This document shows positions 49,941 through 59,418 of a DNA stretch of 64,000 nt, piece by piece (within the stretch, counting starts at the first letter, position 1; each line of letters starts with the position of its first letter). Source of the DNA: a bacterium (lineage in GTDB: Bacteria > UBA8248); contig OZ241875.1 in NCBI GenBank assembly GCA_965203325.1, positions 1,920,001 through 1,984,000 on the forward strand, in the 5' to 3' direction. The notes under the pieces are model-generated. The model had not been told where the DNA came from and did not search any database. It worked only from the letters and a program-made list of their open reading frames with translations. The translations under genes and the position numbers were made by a program.

Positions 49941-52867
49941 TGGTCGTCTCGATCGGCGCCGTCGCCGCCCCCGCCCAGGGCGCCTCCTACTACGAGCGCG
50001 ACGGCTATTACGCCAGGGACGACCCCGCCCACAGGGAGGTGAGCGCATGGGCCGGGAAGGGAGCGGAAGACCTCGGCCTCGCGGGCACGGTCGATCCCGA
50101 TACCTTCCGCGCGGTTCTGGAAGGCCACGTGCCCGACGGTTCGGGGAGAAGGCTCGGCCGCAGGCGCAAGGACGGCGTCCTGGAGCACCGTCCCGGACGC
50201 GACCTCACCTTCTCTGCGCCCAAGTCCGTCTCGCTCGCCGCGCTGGTGGGCGGCGACTCTCGTGTCGTCGAGGCCCATGACCGGGCGGTCGAGCGCACCC
50301 TCGCCTGGGTCGAGGGCCATGCCGCGGAGACCAGGATGAAGGACCCGGAGACGGGACGCATGGTACGGGCCGGGGACCAGAAAACGGTGGCCGCAACCTT
50401 CCGGCACGACGCCTCGCGCAACCTCGACCCCCAGCTCCACACCCACGCGGTGCTGGCCAACATGGTCCGGGGTCCGGACGGCAAATGGAGGACGATGTCC
50501 AACGAGGCGCTCTACCGCAGCCAGAAGCTGATCGGCATGCTCTACAGGAGCGAACTGGCGCAGGGACTGGGGAAGCTGGGCTACGCGATTGAGAAGACGC
50601 ACGCCGACGGGCGGTTCGAGGTCGCCGGCGTCCGCCGCGAGGTGATCGAGGCGTTCTCGACCCGGCGGGCGGAGATCGAGGCCGCGATGGCCGAGCGGGG
50701 CCTGGGAACGACGGCTGCGAACCAGCGCACAGCGGAGCGCGCGGCGCTCATGACCCGCGCACACAAGCGTGACGTGGACAAGACCGCGCTCAGGGGCATA
50801 TGGGAGAAACAGGCCGTAGACCTCGGATTCGACGCCAGGGCCCATGCGGCCGAGGCGGCCTCCAGGGTCGCCGGCCTGGAAGGCAAAGGAGAGGCCCGTG
50901 AGCAGTCGCGGGATCAGGGAGCCGCCCGGGAGGCCGGAGAGGCCGTGGAATGGGCGGTGGCGCATCTCTCAGAGCGCGAGGCCGTGTTCGCCCGCGCCGA
51001 CGCGCTTGCCGCCGCGTTGGCCTGGCGGCCGGGCGCGGTGTCCGTCGAGGCGGCGGAGAGGGCGTTGGGCGATCTCGAAAGAGGGGGACGGCTTCACACA
51101 GCACCTGGGCTGCACGGGAGAGACGACCTGGCGACCGACAAGGCGCTGGCGGACGAACGCGAGACGATCGGGCTGATGCGGGGCGGCCAGGGCCGCGGCC
51201 GGACGGTGATGCACAGCTGGATCGCGCAGGCGTATCTGCACAAGGGAGCGTTGACGCAAGGCCAGAGGGAAGCGGTCAAACTTATCCTCTCGGCCAAGGA
51301 CCGCGTCGTCGGCGTGCAGGGCTATGCCGGGACCGGCAAGACCACCATGCTCAACCGCGCCCGCTCTCTCCTCGAAAAACGCGGGTTCGAGGTCAAGGGC
51401 CTCGCTCCCTCGGCCTCGGCGGTGAAGACGCTCGGAACCGAGGCCGGGATCGAGAGCGAGACCTTGCAGCGCTTTTTGGCGCGCCATGCCGGTGTGGCCG
51501 GGGGTAAACTCACCAGAAAGGCCGAGAAGCAGATGCGCGCGGCCTGGGGCAAGACGGTGCTCGTGGTGGACGAGGGGTCCCTCGCCTCCACACTACAGGC
51601 CCGAGACCTCCTGCGGGTCGCCCGCGCCCTGCGCATCCCCAGGGTCGTGCTGGTGGGCGATGAGAAACAGCTGGACGCCGTGGACGCCGGCAAGCCCTTC
51701 GCGCAACTCCAGCAAGCCGGCATGAAGACCGCCGTGATGGACGATATCCTCCGCCAGCGCGACCCGGACCTCAAGGCCGCGGTCGAGGCGAGCCTCGCCG
51801 GCGAGATCGGCCGCGCGTTCGAGAAGCTGGGATCCAACGTCGCTCAGGTGAAGGCCGACAACATCGCGGGCGCGGTGGCGGCGCGCTGGCTCGCGCTATC
51901 GCCCGAGGCGCGCGAGAACACCGGCGTCATGGCGCCCAGTCATGAACTTCGCCAAAAGATCAACGCCCATATAAGGGAGCGTCTCGCGCGCGAGGGCGGT
52001 ATCCACGGCCCCGCCTTCAGGGGGGAGCGACTCGTCTCCCGCGGTTATACGAACCCCGAGAAATCGCTCGCCGCGAACTACGCCCCGGGTGACGTCGTGG
52101 CCTTCCACCGCCCCTACAAGCGCCTGGGCGTCGGGAAGGACGACGAACTCCGCGTATCGGGCGTGGATCACGAGAACCAGGCGGTGGTGCTCGAAGGCAA
52201 GGACGGCGGGAGCGTCTTGTGGAAACCCGGGCGGATCGCCGGGCGGGCGGGCGGCGCCGAGGTCTACCGGGTCGAAGATATCGAGCTTCGCGCCGGCGAC
52301 CGCATCCGCTGGACCCGCAACGATAAGGGCTTCGGTCTCGTCAACAGCCGCACGGCCGAGGTCCTCTCGGTCGGAAACGGCCGCGTCTCCTTGCGCCTGG
52401 AAGACGGGCGCAGGCTCGATATGACCCCGGGCGATCCCCAGTTGCGCCATCTCGACCATTCCTGGGCCTCGACCGTGCACGCCTTCCAGGGCCGGACCAT
52501 CGACAACGTGATCGCCGCGATGCAGGCCAACCACCCCCACCTCACCACACAGAAGAGCTTCTATGTCGAGATCAGCCGCGCCCGGGACCGGGCGGAACTC
52601 GTGACCGACGACGCAAAGGCGTTGCGCGAGCGGCTCGAAACGGTCACGGGCGAACGGGTATCGGCGCTCGAGGGAATCGGAGAGGCCGCACGGGAGGCGC
52701 CCGGAGGGGAGAAGGTGAAGTCGGGGGAGGCGGAACCGGAGGCCGGGAGGGATGCGGCGAAGTCAGGGGAAGCGACCCAACCCGTTGAACGGCGGACGCA
52801 GGAAACCGCCAGGGTGCCGGGGATTGAGAAGGTCCGGACAGCGCGCGGGATCGGGATGGAGATGTAG
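49937..52867 (+). CDS. MOBF conjugative relaxase-helicase (TrwC/TraI-like)
   Basis: YYERDGYY, DLTFSAPKSVS, HDASRNLDPQLHTH (HUH), GYAGTGKTT, VVDEGS, GDEKQL, TVHAFQG, YVEISRAR. Confidence 0.93.
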   Translation: MMVVSIGAVAAPAQGASYYERDGYYARDDPAHREVSAWAGKGAEDLGLAGTVDPDTFRAVLEGHVPDGSGRRLGRRRKDGVLEHRPGRDLTFSAPKSVSLAALVGGDSRVVEAHDRAVERTLAWVEGHAAETRMKDPETGRMVRAGDQKTVAATFRHDASRNLDPQLHTHAVLANMVRGPDGKWRTMSNEALYRSQKLIGMLYRSELAQGLGKLGYAIEKTHADGRFEVAGVRREVIEAFSTRRAEIEAAMAERGLGTTAANQRTAERAALMTRAHKRDVDKTALRGIWEKQAVDLGFDARAHAAEAASRVAGLEGKGEAREQSRDQGAAREAGEAVEWAVAHLSEREAVFARADALAAALAWRPGAVSVEAAERALGDLERGGRLHTAPGLHGRDDLATDKALADERETIGLMRGGQGRGRTVMHSWIAQAYLHKGALTQGQREAVKLILSAKDRVVGVQGYAGTGKTTMLNRARSLLEKRGFEVKGLAPSASAVKTLGTEAGIESETLQRFLARHAGVAGGKLTRKAEKQMRAAWGKTVLVVDEGSLASTLQARDLLRVARALRIPRVVLVGDEKQLDAVDAGKPFAQLQQAGMKTAVMDDILRQRDPDLKAAVEASLAGEIGRAFEKLGSNVAQVKADNIAGAVAARWLALSPEARENTGVMAPSHELRQKINAHIRERLAREGGIHGPAFRGERLVSRGYTNPEKSLAANYAPGDVVAFHRPYKRLGVGKDDELRVSGVDHENQAVVLEGKDGGSVLWKPGRIAGRAGGAEVYRVEDIELRAGDRIRWTRNDKGFGLVNSRTAEVLSVGNGRVSLRLEDGRRLDMTPGDPQLRHLDHSWASTVHAFQGRTIDNVIAAMQANHPHLTTQKSFYVEISRARDRAELVTDDAKALRERLETVTGERVSALEGIGEAAREAPGGEKVKSGEAEPEAGRDAAKSGEATQPVERRTQETARVPGIEKVRTARGIGMEM

Positions 52868-52942
52868 AAAATCGTTTCCGGTCATCTCCGACCGGGATCA
52901 TTGAAAAATATGGGAATTTTATACCTAAGTAATATTCAGCCT

Positions 52943-53188
52943 TTATCGCAATGAATCCAGATAATCATGCCCTGCCCAGGTTAATCCCTTAATTGAATAG
53001 GATATACCACCTCCAACATGTTCATTGTAATGATTAAAGTCGATCCAACGCTGAGCGCGGATTAGTTCAAAATGGTAATCGATTTTTTCTTGTTCGTACC
53101 CAGAAATCTCTATTGAAGTTAGGTTTTTTTCATTACTCGACTCAATTAGTTCTAGGATATCTAAAATTAAATTCATGTCTCGTTCCAT
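52943..53188 (-). CDS. DUF2513-like small winged-helix protein
   Basis: MERDMNLILDILELIE..YHFELI..LTWAGHDYLDSLR. Confidence 0.75.
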   Translation of the reverse strand: MERDMNLILDILELIESSNEKNLTSIEISGYEQEKIDYHFELIRAQRWIDFNHYNEHVGGGISYSIKGLTWAGHDYLDSLR

Positions 53189-53205
53189 AAATATCTCTCT
53201 CTAAT

Positions 53206-53361
53206 TTAATCTCTTGATGGTGGTGGTGGCGGCGGCGGGTTCGGTGGTCTTGGAGGAGCGCCTTTGTCTGCTCCTCTCCGGATGGGTGGTGGAGTTGTAG
53301 GTTGAGGTGGAGTTGGTCTAGGACTCGGTTGTGGTTGTCGGGTAAGGGAAGTCAAATTCAT
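53206..53361 (-). CDS. Possible 51-aa proline-rich peptide overlapping the upstream gene
   Basis: MNLTSLTRQPQPSPRPTPPQPTTPPPIRRGADKGAPPRPPNPPPPPPPSRD*; GC-rich codon-periodic tract in AT-rich DNA. Confidence 0.4.
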   Translation of the reverse strand: MNLTSLTRQPQPSPRPTPPQPTTPPPIRRGADKGAPPRPPNPPPPPPPSRD

Positions 53362-53857
53362 GTGATAAAACCTCGTAGGTTTCGCCCGCGCATCTTTCGT
53401 TTAGCTTCTTATTAATTCCAATATGGGAATCATAGACGCGCTTAGATAATTCATAGCCTCGTTTTTGCAAAAAATCTATATTAGAAATAATATTGGGAAT
53501 TTCCTCCCCTCTCTGAAAATTTGTCCATGCCTGACGCCATTCATTCTTGAGTTGTTCAACCTCAAGGCTCATAGAAGATAGAAATCTTGCTTTATCGCGA
53601 AAATCGAAACATACATCTAAAACAATTCCTATTACTATTCCTATCGACAAAAGAAACTGCGCTACCCACGGCCCATCTTGGAATAAATTGATTGTTCCGA
53701 AAATAGAAAGGAATGCTATCCCGATACGAACACCCATACCTATCCTCTGGTTTCTAATCGCTAGGTAAAGGTAGTAGCGATATTCTCTTTCTGCATCGAG
53801 CAAGGCATACCATATTTGATTTTCAATTTCCTCGCGATGGGCGTGATAGTTATTCAT
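53318..53857 (-). CDS. Two-TM protein with C-terminal coiled coil (SLATT-like)
   Basis: Helix-TM-TM-helix layout; GGAG RBS; AT-rich. Confidence 0.55.
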   Translation of the reverse strand: MNNYHAHREEIENQIWYALLDAEREYRYYLYLAIRNQRIGMGVRIGIAFLSIFGTINLFQDGPWVAQFLLSIGIVIGIVLDVCFDFRDKARFLSSMSLEVEQLKNEWRQAWTNFQRGEEIPNIISNIDFLQKRGYELSKRVYDSHIGINKKLNERCAGETYEVLSHEFDFPYPTTTTES

Positions 53858-53923
53858 CTCCCCTGATCCTCCAAAAGCGTCAAGAATTAACTTTTGGATA
53901 CTATCATCTAAGCGAATTCCACT

Positions 53924-54076
53924 CTATTTTGCGTCAGGCTCAAAGACGATATTCGTGGGCTGTAGGATAGCTTTTGCTAACTCCTCCGGCGTGGCAGGAA
54001 TCTTTATCTCCTCCTCAAGTTCCTTCTTCGACGGCTGATAGTCCGTAGGTTTTAGTCTCAGGGTTCGCTTCTTCAT
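53924..54076 (-). CDS. Small 50-aa hypothetical protein
   Basis: MKKRTLRLKPTDYQPSKKELEEEIKIPATPEELAKAILQPTNIVFEPDAK*; AGGA RBS; lies downstream of the IS1595 remnant. Confidence 0.55.
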   Translation of the reverse strand: MKKRTLRLKPTDYQPSKKELEEEIKIPATPEELAKAILQPTNIVFEPDAK

Positions 54077-54249
54077 TTTCCTACACCCTCAAGTCTAAAT
54101 ATACTTAGTTGGTATCACGATGTAAATCCGGGTCTAATTAGAGAGTCATCGTTGAGAGACTCACCCGTCAGTCCGTCGGGTCTCTCGCTGAATACAAGAG
54201 CCTGTATCACGCCGGAGGTCGCTCCTCTCGCTAAGGTGAATAGGCGAGT

Positions 54250-54394
54250 CTCACTCCGAGCAGTAGACTAACCTGCCGGGCCAGCGGATTTCCTCGAACC
54301 ACTTCCGCGCCGTCTCGTCGGCCGGGAACTTTTCCATGATTTCGATGAGAGAAATACCTTAACGGAAGGCTTTACTGGGGGCCTTTTGTACCAT
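54250..54394 (-). pseudogene. IS1595-family transposase N-terminal remnant
   Basis: MVQKAPSKAFR*GISLIEIMEKFPADETARKWFEEIRWPGRLVYCSE*DS; GGAGG RBS and TATAAT upstream. Confidence 0.75.
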
Positions 54395-54441
54395 CTTTCT
54401 GATTCCTCCAAGAGGGTTAAATCTTGAAGGAATTATAGCTG

Positions 54442-54693
54442 TCAGATCATCCCGCCGACGAAACCCTGCCTGCGGGTCCTGGCGACCGGCTCGACATGCG
54501 CCTCCCTACGGCGGCATTCCCGGCAGCGCAGGAGAGGCTCCAAATCTTCCACTCGCATTCCGCGGTGCACTTTTTCCGTCTCGGGACGGGCCAGTATCTC
54601 GGCGGGTTCCAGGGTCTTCTCCCGTCCGCAGGCCTTGCACCTCACGATGAAATACCAGTCTCCCCCAGCGTAATCGCCCAGAAGGAGCGCCAT
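54442..54693 (-). CDS. Small Zn-ribbon protein (CxxC...CxxC)
   Basis: VRCKACGR...LRCRECRR, 83 aa; start overlaps the polymerase stop (TAATG). Confidence 0.7.
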   Translation of the reverse strand: MALLLGDYAGGDWYFIVRCKACGREKTLEPAEILARPETEKVHRGMRVEDLEPLLRCRECRRREAHVEPVARTRRQGFVGGMI

Positions 54694-55931
54694 TACTGGA
54701 AATCCTCCAGCCGGGGAATGCGGCCGTAGGCGATCTTCGCCCCCGCGTAGCCGCCCGGAGGAGCGCACCCGCCGTAGCCCACGAGGGTGCGCGCATAGCG
54801 GCCGTTGATCGAATCGACAGCGGCGTTCAGCCTCGCCAGCCGGCGCTTCTCGTCCGGGTTCTCAAAAGGCAGTTCGAGCTGCCCTTCATCCGAGGGGATG
54901 AACCTGTCGAACGAGACGGCGATCCGGAACAGCGTGGCCCGGCCCCGCGCCCTGGCGAGCGCGGCCCATATCACAGAGAGGGTGTCCAGGCAGGTCAGAT
55001 CGTCGTTCGCTCTCGCGACGATCGTCGAGGCCGTCCAGGCGGGCGCATTGAAAAAGTCGGCCGAGAGGATGAGCCTCCGGGCGAGGAGCCCCTCCCGGCG
55101 CAGGCGCCGGGCCGCCTTCACCACCAGTTGCCTGGCCATCGGCCGGGCGAGTTGCACGCTGCGCTCCCCTGGTGGCAGGACCCGGCTGTGGCCGATCGAG
55201 CCGCGCTTCGTCACCGGCGGTTCCACGGCGTAGCCGTGCAGCGCATACCAGAAGCGCGCGCCGTTCACGTTTCCCCACAGGGAGCGCAACCGCCCGGGGC
55301 TGGCGTTCCAGACGTCCTCGACCGTCGTCATCCCGCCCCGCTTCAAGCGAGCGCGCATGCGCCCCCCCACCCCGGGCAGCGCGTCCAGCCCGAGGTCGAG
55401 CAGCGGACCCGGCAGATCGCCCGGATACAGCACCGTCAGGCCGTCGGGCTTGTCCAGATCGGCGGCGATCTTGGCGAGCCACCTGTTGGGCGCGCAGCCG
55501 ATGGAGCAGGTGATGCGCCCTCCCACGGCCCTCCGTATGCGGCGCTTGATCCTTCCGGCGACCTCTTCGGGACGGTCCCGCTCCCCCAGAACGGCGGCCA
55601 GCTCGTCGATCGAGCAGACGACGTCGACCGGCAATACGGAGAGCACCGCGGCCACGACCCGGTGGTGGATCCGGACGTAGTGGTCCGGGCGCTGCGGCGC
55701 GAGCGTTATCCGGGGGCACAGCCGGCGGGCTTCGGCGATCGCGGTCCCGGTCGTGACGCCGAACCGCTTGGCCGCGGCGTTCGCGGCGATCACGCAGCTG
55801 TTGCGCGCCCCCGCAAACGGTATGACGCCGACGGGACGGCCGTGCAGGCCGGGGTCCGCCTGCTCCTCGCAGGACGCGAAAAAGCCGTCGAAATCGATAT
55901 AGAGCCGCTTCGGTCTGGTTGGTCGTCGCAT
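54693..55931 (-). CDS. Y-family DNA polymerase (DinB/UmuC/ImpB-like)
   Basis: LYIDFDGFFASCEE, AKRFGV, CSIDE, LAKIAADLDKPDG, LPGVG. Confidence 0.9.
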   Translation of the reverse strand: MRRPTRPKRLYIDFDGFFASCEEQADPGLHGRPVGVIPFAGARNSCVIAANAAAKRFGVTTGTAIAEARRLCPRITLAPQRPDHYVRIHHRVVAAVLSVLPVDVVCSIDELAAVLGERDRPEEVAGRIKRRIRRAVGGRITCSIGCAPNRWLAKIAADLDKPDGLTVLYPGDLPGPLLDLGLDALPGVGGRMRARLKRGGMTTVEDVWNASPGRLRSLWGNVNGARFWYALHGYAVEPPVTKRGSIGHSRVLPPGERSVQLARPMARQLVVKAARRLRREGLLARRLILSADFFNAPAWTASTIVARANDDLTCLDTLSVIWAALARARGRATLFRIAVSFDRFIPSDEGQLELPFENPDEKRRLARLNAAVDSINGRYARTLVGYGGCAPPGGYAGAKIAYGRIPRLEDFQ

Positions 55932-56035
55932 GGCGGACTCAGGAGAATAAAGAGCGAAAATATCACAGAAAGAGCGGCCCATGCAAGACGAAAATCGACC
56001 GGGCGCGAAGGGCGTTCGCGCGGCGCCGGCGTCAT

Positions 56036-56137
56036 CGCACGACGGCGGGCTATGCGCATCTCGCCGACGGGCATCTCGTCGAGGCCGCGGAGAAGGTCGG
56101 AAATATTATTGCTCTGGCGATGAATGGTATACAATAA
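56036..56137 (+). pseudogene. C-terminal remnant of a tyrosine integrase
   Basis: HRTTAGYAHLADGHLVEAAEKVGNII* parallels the TTARYAHL..AAERI tails of the intact integrases. Confidence 0.7.
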
Positions 56138-56236
56138 CCGACTCACCGACTAATGGTGAGTCAGTAGGAACAGATCGAATTAATCATACCCCAAGATGAG
56201 TCCCAGAGATTCGGGGCGAAGGAGGATTCGAAGCGC

Positions 56237-58009
56237 ATGAGGGGCAAAGCGATCAACCTGTTCATGTGGGGTTATCAACCACACTATCGGATCTGTTTTG
56301 AGTCCCTCATGAACAACGTTTTGAAAGAGTTGGGTGTCCCCGGTCCTGGCGTTGATTGTCTCCTTGTCGGGGCGAAAATCCCTGGTCGCCAGAATCCGAA
56401 CGACATATGTGTTGAGCCGGAAGATGGGAAGTGGCCCGTAGACCTTTTCGACGGACTGCTCGATCTGATTGAGGCAGAGGTCACCGATCATCCATTGCAA
56501 AAAATGTTTTACACTGACGAGCCGAGCATGCGGGACAAGCCCGAGAATATCCGTCGAGACTCTGTCCGTATAGCCGTTCAGAATACGCTGGATGTGCACG
56601 ATTCAGAACATGGTGTTCATTCATTTGCAGGTAGACCTGCTCCGGTAAATGACCACTATGTTGTGCCTGTGCTCCAGCTTCCGAACGAACTGTCCAAACG
56701 CTTTCGTCCACTTCGCGAGCCCATCTCGGATGGCCATTTTACCGGTCACGCAAGCCTGATTCATGCTGCCGTTTCCGCTGTGTTGACAGAGGCTCACGAT
56801 GAACTGCTCCGTCCAGACCCTGGTCGTAACCTTTCCGGGTCGTCACGTTCATCAGAAGAGGTTGCTCGTCGAGCGGCAGCATCGTTCATGTATACACCTG
56901 GAATAGCCATCGGAGATAGGAGCTTGGGAAACCGGAATCTTTTTGAGCGATTCAATTCGATTTCGTCGTTGATGTACGAAGGAACAAAGGGAACGGGCCG
57001 ATTGCTATTGGCTAATCCTGAAAGTGGGTCCGTAGACTTTCTTATCAAGTTCGCCGAACCTGTTCCCTTTCGTGAACCCCGCTGGTCACGCAAGGTATTG
57101 CAGATGGCGTCACCCGAGACCCCACTCATCGCCGACTGCGAAAAAATCTTCGGCTTGGGTAACGTCGCCGCAGGCGTCGACCCTTGGACGAGTCAGGACG
57201 TTTTCGAAATCGAGTTCCTCGATCACTACCATTGGCGCTTATCGTGCGGCGGCGAGGCAATGCTCATCAGCAGGTACGGCGTTCCATCACTGCCTCAGGA
57301 AAAATTTCCCCAAGACCACCTATTGGACACTTATCAGAGACTCTTTCCTGAGGCTGGAGAGGAAGATATTGCTCGGTTCGCTTCACTCTTCAAAGCAGCG
57401 GCCGAACAACGACACGGAAGCATGTTGATCGTGGCGAAGGACGCTGAGTCCGAAGCCGAACGTCTTGCGGGTCAGGGGGCGAAGATTGAGCCTACAATAC
57501 TCACTCCGGGCCTTTACCGCCAAGTCAGTGGTATAGACGGCACAATTATGATTGACCCCCACGGCGTCTGCCACGCAATTGGCGTAATTCTCGATGGTCC
57601 GGCTAGACCAGAATGCACTCCGGCACGCGGCGCGCGCTACAACTCGGGTGTTCGGTATGTTCATTCCGCAGATACTCCCCGACTTGCTGTTGTCATCTCC
57701 GATGACCAGACCGTGGATGTGATCCCGGAGTGGCGTCCTCGAATTAAGCGCTCGGCTTTGGAAAAAGCTTTAGCAGAACTAGAGACCTCGACTGCAGACG
57801 ACTATCACTCGGCAATTAACTGGTTGGACAATCATCGGTTCCACCTCAACCAGGAACAATGCAATCGCATCAACGTGGCTCTCAAGAGAATTAAAGAGGA
57901 GCCGAAGGAAGTTGGCGAACTCAGGAGAGAGTGGCCAGAGTTTTCGCCAGATCCCGGCCTCGATGACAGCTATTTCGAAAATGAAGAATCCGAACCAACT
58001 TCTTCGTAG
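56237..58009 (+). CDS. Diadenylate-cyclase-like (DisA_N) protein with long N-terminal putative sensor region
   Basis: QRHGSMLIV, SGIDGTIMID, IGVILDG, PARGARYNSG, AVVISDDQTV; N-terminus FMWGYQPHYR. Confidence 0.75.
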   Translation: MRGKAINLFMWGYQPHYRICFESLMNNVLKELGVPGPGVDCLLVGAKIPGRQNPNDICVEPEDGKWPVDLFDGLLDLIEAEVTDHPLQKMFYTDEPSMRDKPENIRRDSVRIAVQNTLDVHDSEHGVHSFAGRPAPVNDHYVVPVLQLPNELSKRFRPLREPISDGHFTGHASLIHAAVSAVLTEAHDELLRPDPGRNLSGSSRSSEEVARRAAASFMYTPGIAIGDRSLGNRNLFERFNSISSLMYEGTKGTGRLLLANPESGSVDFLIKFAEPVPFREPRWSRKVLQMASPETPLIADCEKIFGLGNVAAGVDPWTSQDVFEIEFLDHYHWRLSCGGEAMLISRYGVPSLPQEKFPQDHLLDTYQRLFPEAGEEDIARFASLFKAAAEQRHGSMLIVAKDAESEAERLAGQGAKIEPTILTPGLYRQVSGIDGTIMIDPHGVCHAIGVILDGPARPECTPARGARYNSGVRYVHSADTPRLAVVISDDQTVDVIPEWRPRIKRSALEKALAELETSTADDYHSAINWLDNHRFHLNQEQCNRINVALKRIKEEPKEVGELRREWPEFSPDPGLDDSYFENEESEPTSS

Positions 58010-58180
58010 CGCAGTGGACGCAGGTGCGATCCGCTACGATTTGCGCATCCTGTACCAGTCTATTTCGTCATGAAGGTCGAGAAGCCTCGTAAAAGGGAAA
58101 AGTATTGACTGAGCCTCTTTATGCGCATTTCGTCAAAGCATCAATCGAATGGTGATCGACTTCGGGAAACAGTTCCCCGT

Positions 58181-58500
58181 CCGCCGTGCCGGCGTGGCCG
58201 GGGGAAGGCTCACTAGAAAGGGCGAGAAGCGACCACGCGGAACTCGTGACCGACGACGCAAAGGCGTTGCGCGAGCGGCTCGAAACGGCCACAGGCGAAC
58301 GGGTATCGGCCCTTGAGAGGATTGGAGAGGTCGCACGGGAGGCGCCCGGAGGGGAGAAGATGGAGTCGAAGGATGCGGAACCGGAGGCCGGAAAGGATGC
58401 AGGGCGTGGGGAGGAACCACCCGAATCGGGTAAAGAGCGAATGCAGGAGCCCGAGAAGGCATCGGAGCCGAAACGGGTCGAGCGCGAACTCAGGCTCTAG
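58181..58500 (+). pseudogene. Internally deleted remnant of a second MOBF relaxase
   Basis: 58181-58230 matches 51481-51530 and is joined directly to a match of 52592 onward (AELVTDDAKALRERLET). Confidence 0.8.
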
Positions 58501-59013
58501 GGTCTGAAAACTTCCCTGGCGGTGCGGTAGATTCGGCGATCGGACTGGTTCGGACGAGCGAGGCTGGCCGCCGCCGGCCGATTCCGTGCCTGATTTTCAA
58601 GCAACCTTTCAATGAGGATAAATCATCCATACCGCCTATGGATGTTTACGGTCATCCCGAATTGCCGGTTTGCCAGGGACATGAATCGGATGAGATTGAA
58701 GAAATCCTGAACGATGAAAGCTTTCTCGATAATCAAGCCGAGCTCCTGCCGGGATTGACAGGCGCATGTAATGATACACAAAGTGTTGATACGGGTCGGT
58801 CAGGTTCTTTGCTGACGGGCAAAAACAGAGCGACGCGTGGATTGCCGGAGCAGGCGTGACATCAATCTGTTACGGACATCGACGGATGCAGTGACTATGC
58901 GAAATACGTAACGGGTCGATTGCCTGGATCCATGTATTGCGGTATGTACAGAAGACCTGTCGGTGTTTCCTGGCGTCGAATGTATGATTGATCTGTGTGG
59001 GAATGGAAGATTC

Positions 59014-59418
59014 ATGAAGATCCCGGATCAGTTAGGCAAAAGACCTTCGATGTCAGCCACCGAGCTCAACGAACTCGCGGAAAGAGCATCCTATGTCGGG
59101 AGTCCGGAACATAAATTGAAGGGATGGTGGGGTGGACTGCCCGGGCTTCGGAGACGTCGGGGTGGCAGGTTGCAACGGCCGAAAAAACAACACACGACCC
59201 CTTGCCCGTTGCACACGGCCGAAGATCAGATAATAGCCACGGGTTGGGTTCGTGAGGCCATCAGGCAAAAGCATTTTGAGTACGTGGAAGGCGATCAGGA
59301 TTTCCCGAAAAAGCTATGGCATGTTGACGATGAAGGTCGCAAGTGGCGGGGTACCTGCACAAACAAAATAACCGGTGAATATAAGGGTTGGCCTGAAAAC
59401 GAGGTTGAGACGTTATGA
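59014..59418 (+). CDS. Hypothetical protein, putative small toxin
   Basis: YVGSPEHK, TPCP, FPKKLW, C-terminal GEYKGWP; 4-nt overlap with the downstream gene. Confidence 0.6.
   Translation: MKIPDQLGKRPSMSATELNELAERASYVGSPEHKLKGWWGGLPGLRRRRGGRLQRPKKQHTTPCPLHTAEDQIIATGWVREAIRQKHFEYVEGDQDFPKKLWHVDDEGRKWRGTCTNKITGEYKGWPENEVETL

Noticed and set aside
54250..54275. TGA at a Cys position of the IS1595 zinc ribbon (CSE*DS) as possible selenocysteine
   Set aside because: The same frame has an upstream TAA and is truncated, so it is a pseudogene; no SECIS recognised.
53318..58009. DAC + SLATT as one CBASS-like operon
   Set aside because: Opposite strands, separated by a polymerase cassette and IS/integrase scars, with different base composition; no evidence of a single unit.
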